Positions 1 through 9,193 of a stretch of DNA of 64,000 nucleotides are shown piece by piece (position 1 is the first letter of the stretch; each line of letters starts with the position of its first letter). The DNA is from Rhodospirillales bacterium. GTDB lineage: Bacteria; Pseudomonadota; Alphaproteobacteria; JAJFIK01. The position numbers and the translations under genes were made by a program. Below the pieces are notes generated by a model. The model did no database searches. It saw only the letters and a list, made by a program, of their open reading frames with translations, and was not told the origin of the DNA. The stretch spans positions 2,014 to 66,013 of the forward strand of contig JAJFIK010000080.1 in the NCBI GenBank assembly GCA_021775005.1. The letters are read 5' to 3'.

Positions 1-684
1 CGACTGGAGGAGCGCCAAAGCCAGCTACGCATCGCCAATGCCGAGCGCGCTTCCGCTGCGGCAGCCCTTCAGCAAGCGAACAAAAACCTTGAAGACACGA
101 TGATAGGCGCGCCATTTCGCGGGGTTGTCACGGCCCGCTATGTGGATGAAGGGGTCTATATGTCAACGCGGATCGGCGGCGGCCTGGGTGGGGGCTCGGC
201 GGTTGTTCGTCTTCAACAGATCGATAGTGTAGCTGCGATCGTTCAAGTTCCCGAAATTTATCTTGCTCAATTGCGGTTGGGTATGCCGGGACGTCTCTAC
301 ATTGATGGATTGGATCAGGAGTTTGAATCAGAAATCCACATCCTGAATGATCGCATTGACCCACTAACCAGAACGGTCGAAATCCGCCTTGGTATTGCGA
401 ACGAGGACTACATTGTTCGGCCGGGATTGTTTGTTCGGGCTGAAGTTTACCCCGATGCCCGCAGTGCCCTTTTACTGCCGCGCCGAGCAGTCGCCGGGCC
501 CTCCAATTCGCCATATGTTTATCTGTTGAGTGACGGGTTGGCACACCGCCAGCCGATCACTCTCCGCGAGCATGACGCTGAGTTCATTGAGGTGCTCTCC
601 GGTCTTGCCCCTGATGATCTCGTCCTCATTGGGCCCAACCTACCGCGCCTTCGCGATAGATCAGCCGTGCAGGTGGAAGACTGA
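1..684 (+). CDS. RND efflux periplasmic adaptor (membrane fusion protein), 5'-truncated by window
   Basis: Frame is open from base 1 (RLEERQSQLRIANAERASAAAALQQANKNLEDTMIGAPFRGVV...). MFP motifs APFxGxV, RIDPxTRT, RPGLFV; directly upstream of an AcrB-type gene. Confidence 0.9.
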   Translation, partial: RLEERQSQLRIANAERASAAAALQQANKNLEDTMIGAPFRGVVTARYVDEGVYMSTRIGGGLGGGSAVVRLQQIDSVAAIVQVPEIYLAQLRLGMPGRLYIDGLDQEFESEIHILNDRIDPLTRTVEIRLGIANEDYIVRPGLFVRAEVYPDARSALLLPRRAVAGPSNSPYVYLLSDGLAHRQPITLREHDAEFIEVLSGLAPDDLVLIGPNLPRLRDRSAVQVED

Positions 685-685
685 T

Positions 686-3600
686 ATGTGGATTTCAGAT
701 TTTTCCATTCGGCGTCCTGTCTTTGCGGTCATGCTCGTGACGGCGCTAATCTCGCTTGGTTACATTTCATTGGGGCGGCTGGGCGTTGATCTTTTTCCCA
801 ACGTTGAGTTTCCTTACATCGTGGTGACGTCTGTTCTGGAGGGCGCTGATCCTGAGACCATGGAGAGTGAGGTTTCAGACATTCTGGAAGAGAACATCAA
901 CACTATTTCCGGAATTGAATCTCTTCGCTCCATAAACACGGCGGGTGTTTCTCAAGTGCTCATCGAGTTCGCGCTGAGTGAAGATGTGGATGTGAAAGCG
1001 CAAGACGTCCGCGACCGCGTATCGCTGGCAATGGCCGATCTGCCGGACGATCTCAACCCGCCCATTGTCGAGAAGGTTGACCCCGACGGTGCGCCAATCA
1101 TGTCCGTGATGGTTTCCGGGGATTTGCCAATCGCAGAGCTGACCCAATTCGCAGACGATGTCGTGAAAGAAGCCCTTGAGCGATTGCCCGGAGTGGGCTC
1201 GGTGGCGTTGATCGGGGGCCGGGAGCGGGAAATACGAATTTGGCTCGATGCCAATCGCCTACGCAGTCTGGGGCTTACGGCCAATGACGTTGTGCGCGCA
1301 ATCCGGCGGGAGAATGCGCAAATCCCCGGGGGGCGCTTGGAAACCAGTGGCGCCATGCAGGAATTTGGCATTACCACTGAAGGTGAAGTGGGATCAGTTC
1401 AAGAATTTGAAAACCTTGTGGTTGCTTTCCGTGAGAACGGTGGACCTACATTGCTGCGGGATGTCGCCCGCGTCGAAGATGGGCTGGAAGACGAACGATC
1501 TTATGCCGAACTAAACGGAAGACTTGGCGTCTCCCTTGAAGTGCGCCGTCAGTCGGGGCGGAACACCGTGGAAGTGGCGCGCGCGGTACGAGAAGCTGTA
1601 GCCAACCTGTCGGAATCAGCGCCAGCCGGCATGGAGATGGTGATCGCGCGAGATGTATCGCGCTTTATTGAATCCTCCGCCCGTGACGTTGCCAAAGACA
1701 TGATGGTGGGCATCGTCCTTGTGGTGGTTGTAACGCTCATTTTTTTGATGAATTTTCGCGCAACAGTAATCGTTGCCATCGCGATACCTACCTCAGTTAT
1801 CTCGACCTTCTTCGCCTTTTACATTTTCGGTTTCACCATCAACACACTGACGCTTCTGGCCTTGTCCGTCGCGGTAGGGCTTTTGGTGGATGATGCCATT
1901 GTGGTTCTGGAAAGTATCCAGCGCAAGATTGATGAGGGATTGAAACCGCTTGAGGCCGCCTCCGCAGGAATCAAAAAGGTCGGTAGCGCGGTTTTGGCAG
2001 GGTCCATTTCGGTGTTGGCGGTGTTTATACCCATTGCCTTTATGGAAGGCATTGTCGGGCGTTTCTTCCTGCAATATGGCCTGACAATTGTTTTCTCTGT
2101 CATCGTATCCCTGACCGTTGCACTTACTCTTACACCGATGCTGTGCTCGCGCTTCTTAAGCGCCTCTAGCTCCAATCTGGCAATGTTCAATGGATTTGAG
2201 CGTGGGTATCAAAAGCTGGAAGCGGGATATAAAACCCTTCTGGGTTGGACCATCAGCTGGCGCTATGCGGTTTTAGCGCTCGCCGTTGTAAGTGTGTACA
2301 TCGGCGGCATTTTCGCTGGCGCGGTGCCCATGGGCTTTACATCCAAGGCAGACCGAAGCGAGTTTCTGGCCTCGATTGACCTTCCCCTTGGCACAGGCGT
2401 TTCGGGCTCACAGGAGATCGGAAATCGTGTTGCGCTGGCCCTTCTCGAGAACCCCGAAATCAACGACGTCTTCTTCACCGTTGGTGGTGGTTCAGAATCG
2501 CGAGTGGATCAAATCTCGTTCTATGCGGCGTTAACGCCAAAGCAGGACCGAGATATTGACCAAGTCATAATTATGGATCAGGCGCGGCAGACCATGCGGT
2601 CGGGTGCGCCAACAGCTCGAGATATTGTTGTTGCCGAAGTACCCTGGGTTTCAGGTGGAGGGTTGACTTCCTCCGACGTTGAACTGGTTCTTCAAGGCCC
2701 CGACCTTGTCGTCCTTGAGGACCTTTCTTTCCAGATCATGGATCAGATGCGGGCGCAGCGAGATTTTGTTGACATACAGTCGAGCTATGAATTTGGCCGC
2801 CCCGAGGTTCAGGTGGACATCCTACGACAACGCGCTGCCGATCTGGGCGTGCCGGTAACAGAGCTGGCCTCCGTCGTTCGCACCCTCTTTGGCGGAGTTG
2901 TGGCCACAACGTTCGAGGAAACGGGGAGCCGCTATGATGTTCGCGTTCAGCTTGAACCTGACCAGCGGGCTGGCATCAATGACTTCCGTCGCGCTCAGGT
3001 CCGCTCGGACCGGGGGATGTTGATCGATCTGGAGAACGTTGCAGATATTTCTATTGGGTCTGCCGCTGCCCGCATTGAGCGCCAGAACAGGACTCGAAAA
3101 ATATCGGTAAGCGCGAACACCTCCCCGGGCGTGGCGCTTGGAACGGCCACGGAATCGCTGGAAAGTATTCTCGAAGAGATTGAGTTTCCAACGGGCTACA
3201 CCATCCGGTTTGAAGGAATGGCCCGCCGGATGAAGGAATCCGCTGCCGCTATCGGTTTTGCATTTCTACTGGCCTTGATCGCGCTCTATATGATCCTCGC
3301 CAGCCAATTTAACAGTTTCTCCCAACCCATTCTGATTATGCTCACGGCACCGCTTTCATTCGTGGGGGCTTTTGCGGCCATCTATTTTGCGGGCTTGGAA
3401 ATGTCTCTCTTCGCACAGATCGGTCTGATCGCTTTGATGGGGCTGGTAATGAAGAACGGCATTCTTCTCATCGATCTAGCGAACCAAAATCGAATGACAG
3501 GAATGGCACCCCGTGATGCCATGAAGAATGCTGGCCCTGAACGCCTCCGCCCCGTCCTCATGACGGCGCTTTCAACCATCTTCGGAATGATCCCCGTGGC

Positions 3601-3796
3601 GCTCTCCGTTTCCGATGGGGCCGAATGGCGCAATGCCATGGGCTTTCTGGTGATCGGCGGCCTGACGTCATCCACCTTCTTGACGCTTCTGGTTATCCCC
3701 GCCGCCTATACAGTGGCAGGAGATATAAACTGGTTTTTCAAAGCGGTTCGAAAACGGATGGTGGGCTTTGTGAGCGCAATGAGACAGTCCAGTTAG
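686..3796 (+). CDS. RND efflux transporter permease (AcrB/AcrD/AcrF family)
   Basis: Likely start MWISDFSIRRPV at 686, one base after the adaptor stop. Proton-relay motifs GLLVDDAIVV, KNGIL, RLRPVLMT. Confidence 0.95.
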   Translation: MWISDFSIRRPVFAVMLVTALISLGYISLGRLGVDLFPNVEFPYIVVTSVLEGADPETMESEVSDILEENINTISGIESLRSINTAGVSQVLIEFALSEDVDVKAQDVRDRVSLAMADLPDDLNPPIVEKVDPDGAPIMSVMVSGDLPIAELTQFADDVVKEALERLPGVGSVALIGGREREIRIWLDANRLRSLGLTANDVVRAIRRENAQIPGGRLETSGAMQEFGITTEGEVGSVQEFENLVVAFRENGGPTLLRDVARVEDGLEDERSYAELNGRLGVSLEVRRQSGRNTVEVARAVREAVANLSESAPAGMEMVIARDVSRFIESSARDVAKDMMVGIVLVVVVTLIFLMNFRATVIVAIAIPTSVISTFFAFYIFGFTINTLTLLALSVAVGLLVDDAIVVLESIQRKIDEGLKPLEAASAGIKKVGSAVLAGSISVLAVFIPIAFMEGIVGRFFLQYGLTIVFSVIVSLTVALTLTPMLCSRFLSASSSNLAMFNGFERGYQKLEAGYKTLLGWTISWRYAVLALAVVSVYIGGIFAGAVPMGFTSKADRSEFLASIDLPLGTGVSGSQEIGNRVALALLENPEINDVFFTVGGGSESRVDQISFYAALTPKQDRDIDQVIIMDQARQTMRSGAPTARDIVVAEVPWVSGGGLTSSDVELVLQGPDLVVLEDLSFQIMDQMRAQRDFVDIQSSYEFGRPEVQVDILRQRAADLGVPVTELASVVRTLFGGVVATTFEETGSRYDVRVQLEPDQRAGINDFRRAQVRSDRGMLIDLENVADISIGSAAARIERQNRTRKISVSANTSPGVALGTATESLESILEEIEFPTGYTIRFEGMARRMKESAAAIGFAFLLALIALYMILASQFNSFSQPILIMLTAPLSFVGAFAAIYFAGLEMSLFAQIGLIALMGLVMKNGILLIDLANQNRMTGMAPRDAMKNAGPERLRPVLMTALSTIFGMIPVALSVSDGAEWRNAMGFLVIGGLTSSTFLTLLVIPAAYTVAGDINWFFKAVRKRMVGFVSAMRQSS

Positions 3797-3855
3797 ACCG
3801 GGGTTTGCGGCGCGCTACGGGCTATTGCCACTATAATCACCCAGTACTCATCTTC

Positions 3856-3873
3856 ATCCCGCCCGGTGCACCA
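3856..3873 (+). mobile_element. tRNA 3'-end fragment (putative att site) ATCCCGCCCGGTGCACCA
   Basis: Reads as the 3' T-stem strand (CCCGC), a 7-nt acceptor strand (CCGGTGC) and ACCA, with no 5' tRNA half upstream; sits at a GC-to-AT transition. Confidence 0.6.
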
Positions 3874-3880
3874 TTTTATA

Positions 3881-3893
3881 TAAGCCATTGATT
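3881..3893 (-). promoter_or_regulatory. IHF consensus site
   Basis: Minus strand AATCAATGGCTTA matches WATCAA-N4-TTR. Confidence 0.5.
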
Positions 3894-4103
3894 TTAGATG
3901 GTATATCATTTTGGCAATTTAGCTTCATTTCTAAGTACTGATACTATTGGACCTTGGTTCTAAGCACTGACAGGTACTTATGGTCATTGGAATTATTCCC
4001 GTACTGAGTTATGTAGCGACTATCTACGGGTGTTAATTTTTAAGGTCTGAAATTCGCCAATTGCGATCATTAGAACGCACCGCAAAGAACGACTGATTTT
4101 GCG

Positions 4104-4730
4104 TCAATCGTTGTCAAAAACATAACTGAATTTCTTAATAAGGATTGCATTTCTATTCGCCACTAGCATCTTTGTCTCTGTGTCATAGTAGCGAGCATAG
4201 TGATCGCGCTGAGACCGATTCACTTGCGGTAGTGGTGTTTCCAAATCAAAGGCATCGCGAAAGTCCTCCTCAAGGTTTTCAAAAGTGGCTATGGTATCAA
4301 CTTTGAAGTTGTAACCATTCGGATGCAAGTGTTCCCAAGGTGTAATCTGGGTGTGGTAAGCGACATAGGCCAACGGTGTGACGAACTTTGTTGGGTACTG
4401 GAGAATAGTCGCTCTTTGCCAATCACCTAAAACGAATTCTCGAAACGTTGGTGGATTTCTATACGCAGGCTTATTTTCTGCCACATGCAAATAGCTGGAA
4501 ACGGTCCAATCCCAAGGGTTTCTGACGAAAGCGACCGTGCGGTATTTGCGTAATGGCTTTTCGAGTTGTTTACTGAGTTGCGAAACGCAAGGTTCGGCCA
4601 CATTCATTTCCCGCACCGGATAGGCGACTGCATCCGGTTGCGATCGCAACAGCCTACTTATCGATCCACCAGCAGTTTTAGGGACGTGTACAAAAAGCAG
4701 ATTTCGATCTTTGAGCAGAATGCTGACCAT
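4104..4730 (-). CDS. Sulfotransferase family 2 protein
   Basis: 5'-PSB motif FVHVPKTAGGSI, 3'-PB motif FVRNPWDWTVSSY, C-terminal 'YARYYD..T...VA' typical of Sulfotransfer_2. Confidence 0.85.
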   Translation of the reverse strand: MVSILLKDRNLLFVHVPKTAGGSISRLLRSQPDAVAYPVREMNVAEPCVSQLSKQLEKPLRKYRTVAFVRNPWDWTVSSYLHVAENKPAYRNPPTFREFVLGDWQRATILQYPTKFVTPLAYVAYHTQITPWEHLHPNGYNFKVDTIATFENLEEDFRDAFDLETPLPQVNRSQRDHYARYYDTETKMLVANRNAILIKKFSYVFDND

Positions 4731-5066
4731 GAATCGAATTATATCAGATTCTAGCTGCCAAAAATATTAGCCAAGTATTGTATGGGAACTCAAATCAACA
4801 TTAAGGTGTTTGCAGTAGAGCGGCATCTTCGGGCCAATTTTAGCGGTTTAACTCCCTAGCCCAAACCCCCATTTCATCCCAAACTTGGTTCAAATTCTTG
4901 TTGGGATAGGACACCATTTCGCCAAACATTTGATTTTTCTCAGCTATTTGACTTCTCAGTTTGGTTCGTGAACAGAATAATTTGTGTGTTGCTTTGATTT
5001 TGCTTTGTTTTCCTGGTTCTAATCTCTTTAGGCTTAGGTTTATTGGGAACCTTGGAGAAGATATTG

Positions 5067-5219
5067 ATGGATAGAAATGAACCGCGGCGCGTTCTACTGA
5101 TGACAGAGAATTGGCGCGGAACCGAAGAAGAAAAGTTAGACTATTTGGAACTTCTTTGGTGAGTGATGCAACAACTTGTTGATGATGCCTTTAGTGGCGA
5201 GGGATCGTCCAGTAGGTAA
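5067..5219 (+). pseudogene. Small mobile-element-type ORF with internal TGA
   Basis: GGAGAAG RBS, then MDRNEPRRVLLMTENWRGTEEEKLDYLELLW*VMQQLVDDAFSGEGSSSR; the stop at 5160-5162 interrupts a LW-x-VM-xx-LVD-x-AF motif. Confidence 0.3.
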
Positions 5220-5257
5220 TTTGTGGTATCCCGTGAACAAGTGTTTCATTTATTGAG

Positions 5258-6457
5258 CTAATTGAAGGAAAACCTATCCCGATTGGCGAGCGTCAACATT
5301 AGTTCTTTAAGTGGCGTGATCCAGATACCATTTGGAATTTGATAGGGCTCATTGCCTGGATAGACTATGTACCTGTGCTTGATTTTGAGGTCATCACACG
5401 CAATATGAAACCCCTTTCCTGCCTTAGGTGCCGAGGCACGTTTGATCTCAATGGCAATCTCTGGTTTTCCTCCCCGCTCTAGTACCAGATCAATTTCCGC
5501 ACCACTCTGTGTGCGGTAAAAATACGGCCTGTATTGGTGAACATTGTTCTCATCAATTAGATTTTCGATGACAAACCCCTCCCAGCTATTGCCCAAGACC
5601 GGGTGGCTCAAGAGATTCTCAATGTTTGAAATTCCCAGGAGAGCATGTAACAGCCCGCTATCGCGTATGTAAACTTTGGGAGATTTTACAAGTCGTTTTC
5701 CAATATTTCCATGCCAGGGTTGCAGTCGCCTCACAAGGAGTAGATCAACGAGAATGTCTAAATATCGAGCAATGCTTTGGCCACTAACGCCCAACCCTTT
5801 TGCAAGCGATGCCGCGTTGAGAATAGAACCCTGGTGATGAGCAAGCATTGTCCAAAATCGTCTTAGCGTTTCAGCTGGTATTCTAAATCCAAACTGAGGA
5901 ACGTCTCTTTCCAAATAGCTTCGAATAAGATCATTGCGCCATTGCAGACTGATATTATCATTGCTGGCTACAAGGCTTTCTGGGAAGCCGCCGCGTACCC
6001 AGAGTGTTTGCTCATCAGTTAATTGATTTTTTTGAGTTTCAATTTCTAGCAAGTCGATTCCTGAAAGCTCGGCATATGCAATGCGTCCAGCCAAGCTCTC
6101 ACTTGTCTGGTTGAGGAGTTCCAGTGATGCCGATCCTAAAAAGAGAAATTGACCTGTTTTCTGACCTTTTCGTCTCCGTCGATCAATGATTCCGCGCAAG
6201 GGAGCAAAGAGTTCTGGAAGGCGTTGTACCTCATCCAATATGATGAGTTGATCAGGGTACTGATCTTGGAAGAGCTCAATGTCTCTTACCTGATCCAGGT
6301 CACGAGGGTTTTCTAGATCTCGATAGATTGCGTTCTTTTTTTCTGCGATTTCGAGGGCAAGTGTTGTTTTCCCAATTTGCCTCGGTCCCATCAGAGCTAC
6401 CGTGGCATTGGTCTCAAGTAGGTATTTCAGGTGGTTTTCTAGCCGTCTTGGTATCAT
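5258..6457 (-). CDS. AAA_14 ATPase with C-terminal DUF4143 / PD-(D/E)XK-like domain (COG1373)
   Basis: Walker A GPRQIGKTT, Walker B IILDEVQ, LGSAS, SLAGRI, GGFPE, KSPKVYIRDSGL, EIDLV...IEIK. Confidence 0.92.
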   Translation of the reverse strand: MIPRRLENHLKYLLETNATVALMGPRQIGKTTLALEIAEKKNAIYRDLENPRDLDQVRDIELFQDQYPDQLIILDEVQRLPELFAPLRGIIDRRRRKGQKTGQFLFLGSASLELLNQTSESLAGRIAYAELSGIDLLEIETQKNQLTDEQTLWVRGGFPESLVASNDNISLQWRNDLIRSYLERDVPQFGFRIPAETLRRFWTMLAHHQGSILNAASLAKGLGVSGQSIARYLDILVDLLLVRRLQPWHGNIGKRLVKSPKVYIRDSGLLHALLGISNIENLLSHPVLGNSWEGFVIENLIDENNVHQYRPYFYRTQSGAEIDLVLERGGKPEIAIEIKRASAPKAGKGFHIACDDLKIKHRYIVYPGNEPYQIPNGIWITPLKELMLTLANRDRFSFN

Positions 6458-6509
6458 CCTTGAAATTATACCATGTTATGGAAGAAATGCAAGGATAAAA
6501 TATTTTCTA

Positions 6510-7256
6510 TCAGTCCTTCGAGCCGCCGAACGGGAATATGCTGGGCACGCGCCGCGCATAGTCGCGATATTTGTCGCCGAAGGCGTGGAGCAGATCACGT
6601 TCCTCATAGCCCACACCCACAAAGATATAGGCGGTCCAGATGGCGGCGAACAGCAGGTGGCCCGTCGTCATCAAGGGTGTGGCCCAGAAGAAGATGATCA
6701 TGCCGAGATACAAGGGATGGCGAACGACCTTATAAAGCAGCGGCGTTCTGAACTCGGACTCGGCCTGCGGCTTGCCGGTGAAGCGCGCCCAGACCTGCGC
6801 AAGACCAAAGAGCTCAAAGTGATTAATGAGGAACGTTGAGAGCAAAACCATCCCAACGCCCACGAAGAAGAGCACGAGCATGATCGTGCTCCACATCCCT
6901 GTTATTTCCCAAACCATTCCGGGCATGGGGATCCAATAGGCATAAAGGGCGAAAAGGATGAGCGCGGTCACCAAGACATAGGTGCTGCGTTCCACATTTG
7001 GTGAAACGAGTTTCGTAAGCACGCGCTTGAACCCTTGTCGGGCCATGACCGAGTGCTGCAGGCCGAATAGGAGCAACAAGCCGATATTGACCAGCGCCGC
7101 TGGCGCGCCAGCGAGCGGGGAGCTGCCGCTGTCAACGCTCTTGAGGCCATCAACAAACGGAAGCGCATCGCCGCCCACAAACACCACTAGATAAAGAAAC
7201 GAGGCGAAGAACAGGACATAGCAGACAACTCCATAGACCAAAGCAATGAACCCCAT
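6510..7256 (-). CDS. mddA: Methanethiol S-methyltransferase (ICMT/NnrU-like membrane methyltransferase)
   Basis: FGLQHSVMARQGFK, ERSTYVL, STFLINHFELFGL, YKVVRHPLYLG..FWATP.MT.GHLLFA, YEERDL; GGAGGA RBS before ATG at 7256. Confidence 0.8.
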   Translation of the reverse strand: MGFIALVYGVVCYVLFFASFLYLVVFVGGDALPFVDGLKSVDSGSSPLAGAPAALVNIGLLLLFGLQHSVMARQGFKRVLTKLVSPNVERSTYVLVTALILFALYAYWIPMPGMVWEITGMWSTIMLVLFFVGVGMVLLSTFLINHFELFGLAQVWARFTGKPQAESEFRTPLLYKVVRHPLYLGMIIFFWATPLMTTGHLLFAAIWTAYIFVGVGYEERDLLHAFGDKYRDYARRVPSIFPFGGSKD

Positions 7257-7433
7257 AACGTCCTCCAAATTTGTTGGCGGCAACACAACCGACGGCTGAT
7301 TCGCGTAATAGGTTATGACCGCAGGGGTAAAAGTGCACGCTGCACTGCATCAAACCTACAGCGCGAGTTTCGAGGCTCTACACGTTTTGAGTCGGAAATG
7401 AGGGCGCCGATGCGGGATTTGCTTTTGCTGGTA

Positions 7434-8531
7434 TTAATCGAGCGCGGCATCCATCACTTCATCGGCGATCCAGAACATAGCTGAACCTGTGCTGGGCAAG
7501 TGAAAGCCGTTGCCCAAAACCACGATGACGATGCGCTGATCGGGATAAGTGCCAACAGCCCCGTGGGCACCGGGCGTAAGCCCCGTATGGAAAATGAAGG
7601 GCGCACCGTTTCGCTCCCGCACATTGAAGCCCAGGCCGTAACCGCCGCCTTCTCCATCTGCGGGAATGACTTCAGTCCAGGCGAGGGTTCTTGAATGGTC
7701 TGAGATCAAAGCGCCTTGGGTGAGCAGGTCAAACCAATGAGCGAGATCTGTGGGGGAGCTTAGAAGCAGCCCTGCGGCGCCCACATGGCTCATGTCGACA
7801 TTCTCTGCGTGAAGAAAGACATCACCTTCCACTGCGTAATTCTGCGCGCGATGAGGCACGATATCGCGGCGGTCATCACTGGCGGAATGGGCCATGCCGA
7901 GCGCGGCAAAGACGTCTTGCTCCATATAGTCTGAGTAGCTCTTGCCTGAGAGTACTGAAAGCAAGTGCCCCAGCAGCGTATAGTTGAAGTTGCAGTACTC
8001 ATACTGCGCGCCGGGCTCGAAATTTGGCGGTGTCTCGCCATGCATCACAAGAATCTGCTCAAACGTCATACCGGACCGGATGAAGGGAATGATGCGCGCG
8101 TCAAACACATGATCGGCAAGCCCCGATGTGTGAGACATAAGCTGGCGTGCGGTGACGCGGCCCATATGCGCTGGCAAATCGGGCATGTAGGTGGAGACGG
8201 GTACATCAAGGTCAAGCGTGCCCCGCTCCGCAAGTTGAAGCAGCGCCACCGCGGTCAGCGGCTTTGAGATCGAGCCGAGTCGAAATGCTGTGAACTCATC
8301 ATTGGGAATGTCCCATTCAAGATTGGCAAAGCCGCGATTGATGACGAGTTGCGGCTCACCGCCAACGGAAATGAGAACCGAAACACCTGCGCCTTCATCG
8401 GGATAGCGGTCAGTGACATAGGCCTCAATGGCTGTGATCTGATCAGGGGTCAGCGCGGCGGCGCTGCTCGCGCAGGCCGAGAGGAGCGTGCCCACCAAGG
8501 CAAGTCCCAAAACGGGCAAGAAGTTACGCAT
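7434..8531 (-). CDS. Serine hydrolase, beta-lactamase class C/AmpC-like family, predicted lipoprotein
   Basis: F.LGSISK (SxxK), LMSHTSGL, Y-C-N (YxN), HTG; lipobox LLSAC. Confidence 0.9.
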   Translation of the reverse strand: MRNFLPVLGLALVGTLLSACASSAAALTPDQITAIEAYVTDRYPDEGAGVSVLISVGGEPQLVINRGFANLEWDIPNDEFTAFRLGSISKPLTAVALLQLAERGTLDLDVPVSTYMPDLPAHMGRVTARQLMSHTSGLADHVFDARIIPFIRSGMTFEQILVMHGETPPNFEPGAQYEYCNFNYTLLGHLLSVLSGKSYSDYMEQDVFAALGMAHSASDDRRDIVPHRAQNYAVEGDVFLHAENVDMSHVGAAGLLLSSPTDLAHWFDLLTQGALISDHSRTLAWTEVIPADGEGGGYGLGFNVRERNGAPFIFHTGLTPGAHGAVGTYPDQRIVIVVLGNGFHLPSTGSAMFWIADEVMDAALD

Positions 8532-9025
8532 CAGACCTTTTCCTTTTGTTTCTTGTACTTGGGGTGCACCTGGCAGAGCCGCTCGGTCAGTGAGGACCGT
8601 TCAAGGGCACGTTCCAACCGGGAGATGGCATCAGAAACATCCACTCCGATCTCTTCCCAAAGGGCGTCATAGACATCTTCGAAGTCCGTCATGACATCCA
8701 TGACCGCTGCAAAACTCAGCGCGTACGATTTGCTCAGGCGATAGAGCCGGCGGCGGGCATCTGCGGGGTCGACTTCTGATGTCACCTGGCCTGCATTTTC
8801 TAACTGCCGGATGCGGCTTTCCACCAGTTGGCGGGACAGGCCCGTTCGCCTGGCGAGCTCAGTTGACGTTGCCGCCTCAAGCTCCATCAGGCCAAGGATC
8901 ATAGAATTCAGCTTGGCATCCACCTTGATGCCCAAAGCGTCATAAGCATCGCGGCCCTGCTGCCCGGTGACATCGGCAAGGCGTTTGGCTTTCAGCCCGA
9001 ACATGCGGTCGAGGAGGGTGGCCAT
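8531..9025 (-). CDS. MarR-type winged-helix transcriptional regulator
   Basis: TELARRTGLSRQLV...DPADARRR; start MATLL at 9025; stop overlaps the hydrolase start (translational coupling). Confidence 0.85.
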   Translation of the reverse strand: MATLLDRMFGLKAKRLADVTGQQGRDAYDALGIKVDAKLNSMILGLMELEAATSTELARRTGLSRQLVESRIRQLENAGQVTSEVDPADARRRLYRLSKSYALSFAAVMDVMTDFEDVYDALWEEIGVDVSDAISRLERALERSSLTERLCQVHPKYKKQKEKV

Positions 9026-9193
9026 GGAAATTTCCATTAAGAAAATATTTGCGCAAAAGATTGCATAATGGGCCATAGCCGTCAAGCGGGCAGCCGCCTT
9101 GCGCCGAGCGTGCCGGGCCGCTATGGGGTGCGTCCTTTAGTTTTTTGGACCAGCGGGCACCTTTTGAAACTCGGATTCAAGCATCGCAACGTG

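Noticed and set aside
530..685. N-terminal extension of the 1088-aa RND ORF
   Set aside because: Overlaps the adaptor gene; the typical AcrB N-terminus begins at ATG 686
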